This document shows positions 62,655-64,000 of a stretch of DNA of 64,000 bases, in pieces; the first letter of the stretch is position 1, and each line of letters begins with the position of its first letter. The stretch comes from Escherichia coli (GTDB taxonomy: Bacteria; Pseudomonadota; Gammaproteobacteria; Enterobacterales; Enterobacteriaceae). A model generated the notes under the pieces. The model worked only from the letters and a program-made list of their open reading frames with translations, made no database searches and was not told the origin of the DNA. The stretch lies in NCBI RefSeq assembly GCF_048403405.1, contig NZ_CP183129.1, one strand, 5' to 3'. The position numbers and the translations under genes were made by a program.

Positions 62655-62881
62655 AAAAAGGTGAGCTGTATATGCAACGGAGGAAGAAACCCCGTTGCTG
62701 GAAGCCTGGAAAAAGTATCGGGTGTTGCTGAACCGTGTTGATACGTCAACTGCACAGGATATTGAATGGCCAGCACTGCCGTAGGGTAAAACATATAAAT
62801 TCTATAATTAGATGTATCTTTCCATTTACGGCAAGGAAGGGGGCTTGGAAGACGTAAAGCATCTCACACCGAGATTATTTT

Positions 62882-63472
62882 TTATATGTCAGGTGTCTGA
62901 AGTTTTGCTTTGGCTCTTAAAATGGTTTGCCGCGAGGTTTTGAATTCCCGGGCAATGGCACTTATACTTACACCTGACTTAATTCGTTCGAATACCACCT
63001 GTTTCTGTTCTTCATTTAACACAGGTGGTCGACCAAAACGTTTCCCTGCGCCCCGGGCTCTTACTATCCCGGAATGAGTGCGTTCAAGTAAAAGGTCTCG
63101 TTCAAATTCAGCGACTGCTGAAATTACTTGCATCATCATTTTTCCTGTTGGACTGGTCAGGTCAATGCCCCCCAATGCTAAGCAATGCACTCTGATACCT
63201 GTTTCGGTCAGTTGTTCCACTGTTTTCCTGATATCCATTGCATTACAACCAAGGCGATCCAGTTTTGTCACAATCAATTGATCACCACATTTCAGGCGAG
63301 CAAGCAACCGGTTAAAACCAGGACGCTCACTGGTTGCTGCTGAGCCGCTAATGTGTTCTTCGATTATTTGCTGAGGTTTGATTTTAAAACCTGCACTTTC
63401 GATTTCCCGGCGTTGATTTTCGGTGGTCTGATCCAGCGTTGATATCCGACAGTAAGCAAAAATTCGAGACAT
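62882..63472 (-). CDS. serine recombinase (DNA invertase/resolvase family)
   Basis: 196 aa; N-terminal catalytic motif YCRISTLDQ; C-terminal HTH; adjacent to the tail-fibre genes. Confidence 0.85.
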
Positions 63473-64000
63473 AGTGAGACTCTATACGAAATTGGTGTTC
63501 ATATCATAATGCATCTCAGAAAATAATTTTGATTATTTTTGTGCATGTTTGTATGTACACGTTCGAAAATAAACGAATGCGTATGCAACCCCGTAATTTT
63601 GGTGAGACCCAAAATCGATTTTGTGAAAAATGGCTTTAACTCGGTTTGTTTTTCGAGTTCCGGGCGGACTCAAGGAAGAAGAATAGTGTTGCGTGTTATT
63701 TTAACCAGATTTCAAGTTGTTTGGTCGTGGAAAAGTGGAGCAAAATGTTGTTAAAGTGGAAAAATGATAAAAAAGTAAGTTTATTATATTACATTTTACC
63801 ATTTAAATTTTGGTTGTCTTTAAGAACTGATATCGCTGTTTGTAATAATTCTTTGTTATCCAGCCATGACTTTTTCTTTATGTTTCCTTCAATGTAATCA
63901 AGCAATGTTCTGGTATTGATAGGTCTTCCCTGTTTTGCCACTTCCACGACAGCATCTCCCAGGATAATTCTGACTTCAGGAAGCTGCGCAGGGAACCACT

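Overview
This window reads as an Escherichia coli chromosomal segment (reverse-complement orientation relative to K-12) running from ydgD/asr through ynfM-ynfL-mlc-ynfK-clcB-dmsD-ynfHGFE-ynfD-ynfC-speG-ynfB-ynfA-rspAB (1..19391), followed from about 19540 to the window end by an apparently near-intact lambdoid prophage inserted in the ydfJ transporter gene, the same locus as the cryptic Qin prophage of K-12. All identifications are by reading the translations and DNA by eye and from recalled protein families; no database search was run. The prophage is organised as: integrase/excisionase, a large exonuclease-domain protein, the ydfD-dicB-dicF division-inhibition module, a dicA/dicC immunity switch with flanking operators, a replication gene carrying internal iterons, an AT-rich accessory island, hok, a DUF968 protein, the Q antiterminator, cold-shock paralogs, a pinholin/SAR-endolysin/spanin lysis cassette with two inserted genes, a cos-like site, terminase, portal, a Gifsy-2-type fused protease-scaffold-capsid gene, a lambda-like tail module (Z,U,V,G/T,H,M,L,K,I,J), lom, two tail-fibre genes with AT-rich variable ends, and a serine recombinase. 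The strongest candidate for an undescribed system is the AT-rich island at 28460..29714: a 341-aa protein with an N-terminal RelA/SpoT (toxSAS-type) nucleotidyltransferase domain carrying all four synthetase motifs, fused to an unrecognised C-terminal domain, with its own promoter and sitting where Qin of K-12 carries relBE. I interpret it as a possible single-gene CapRel-like fused toxin-sensor defence or abortive-infection module; this is inference. Other notable points are a 1-nt poly-C frameshift splitting the J host-specificity gene, a lambda-like cosN, a G/T slippery site, and a 189-bp tandem repeat in the side tail fibre.
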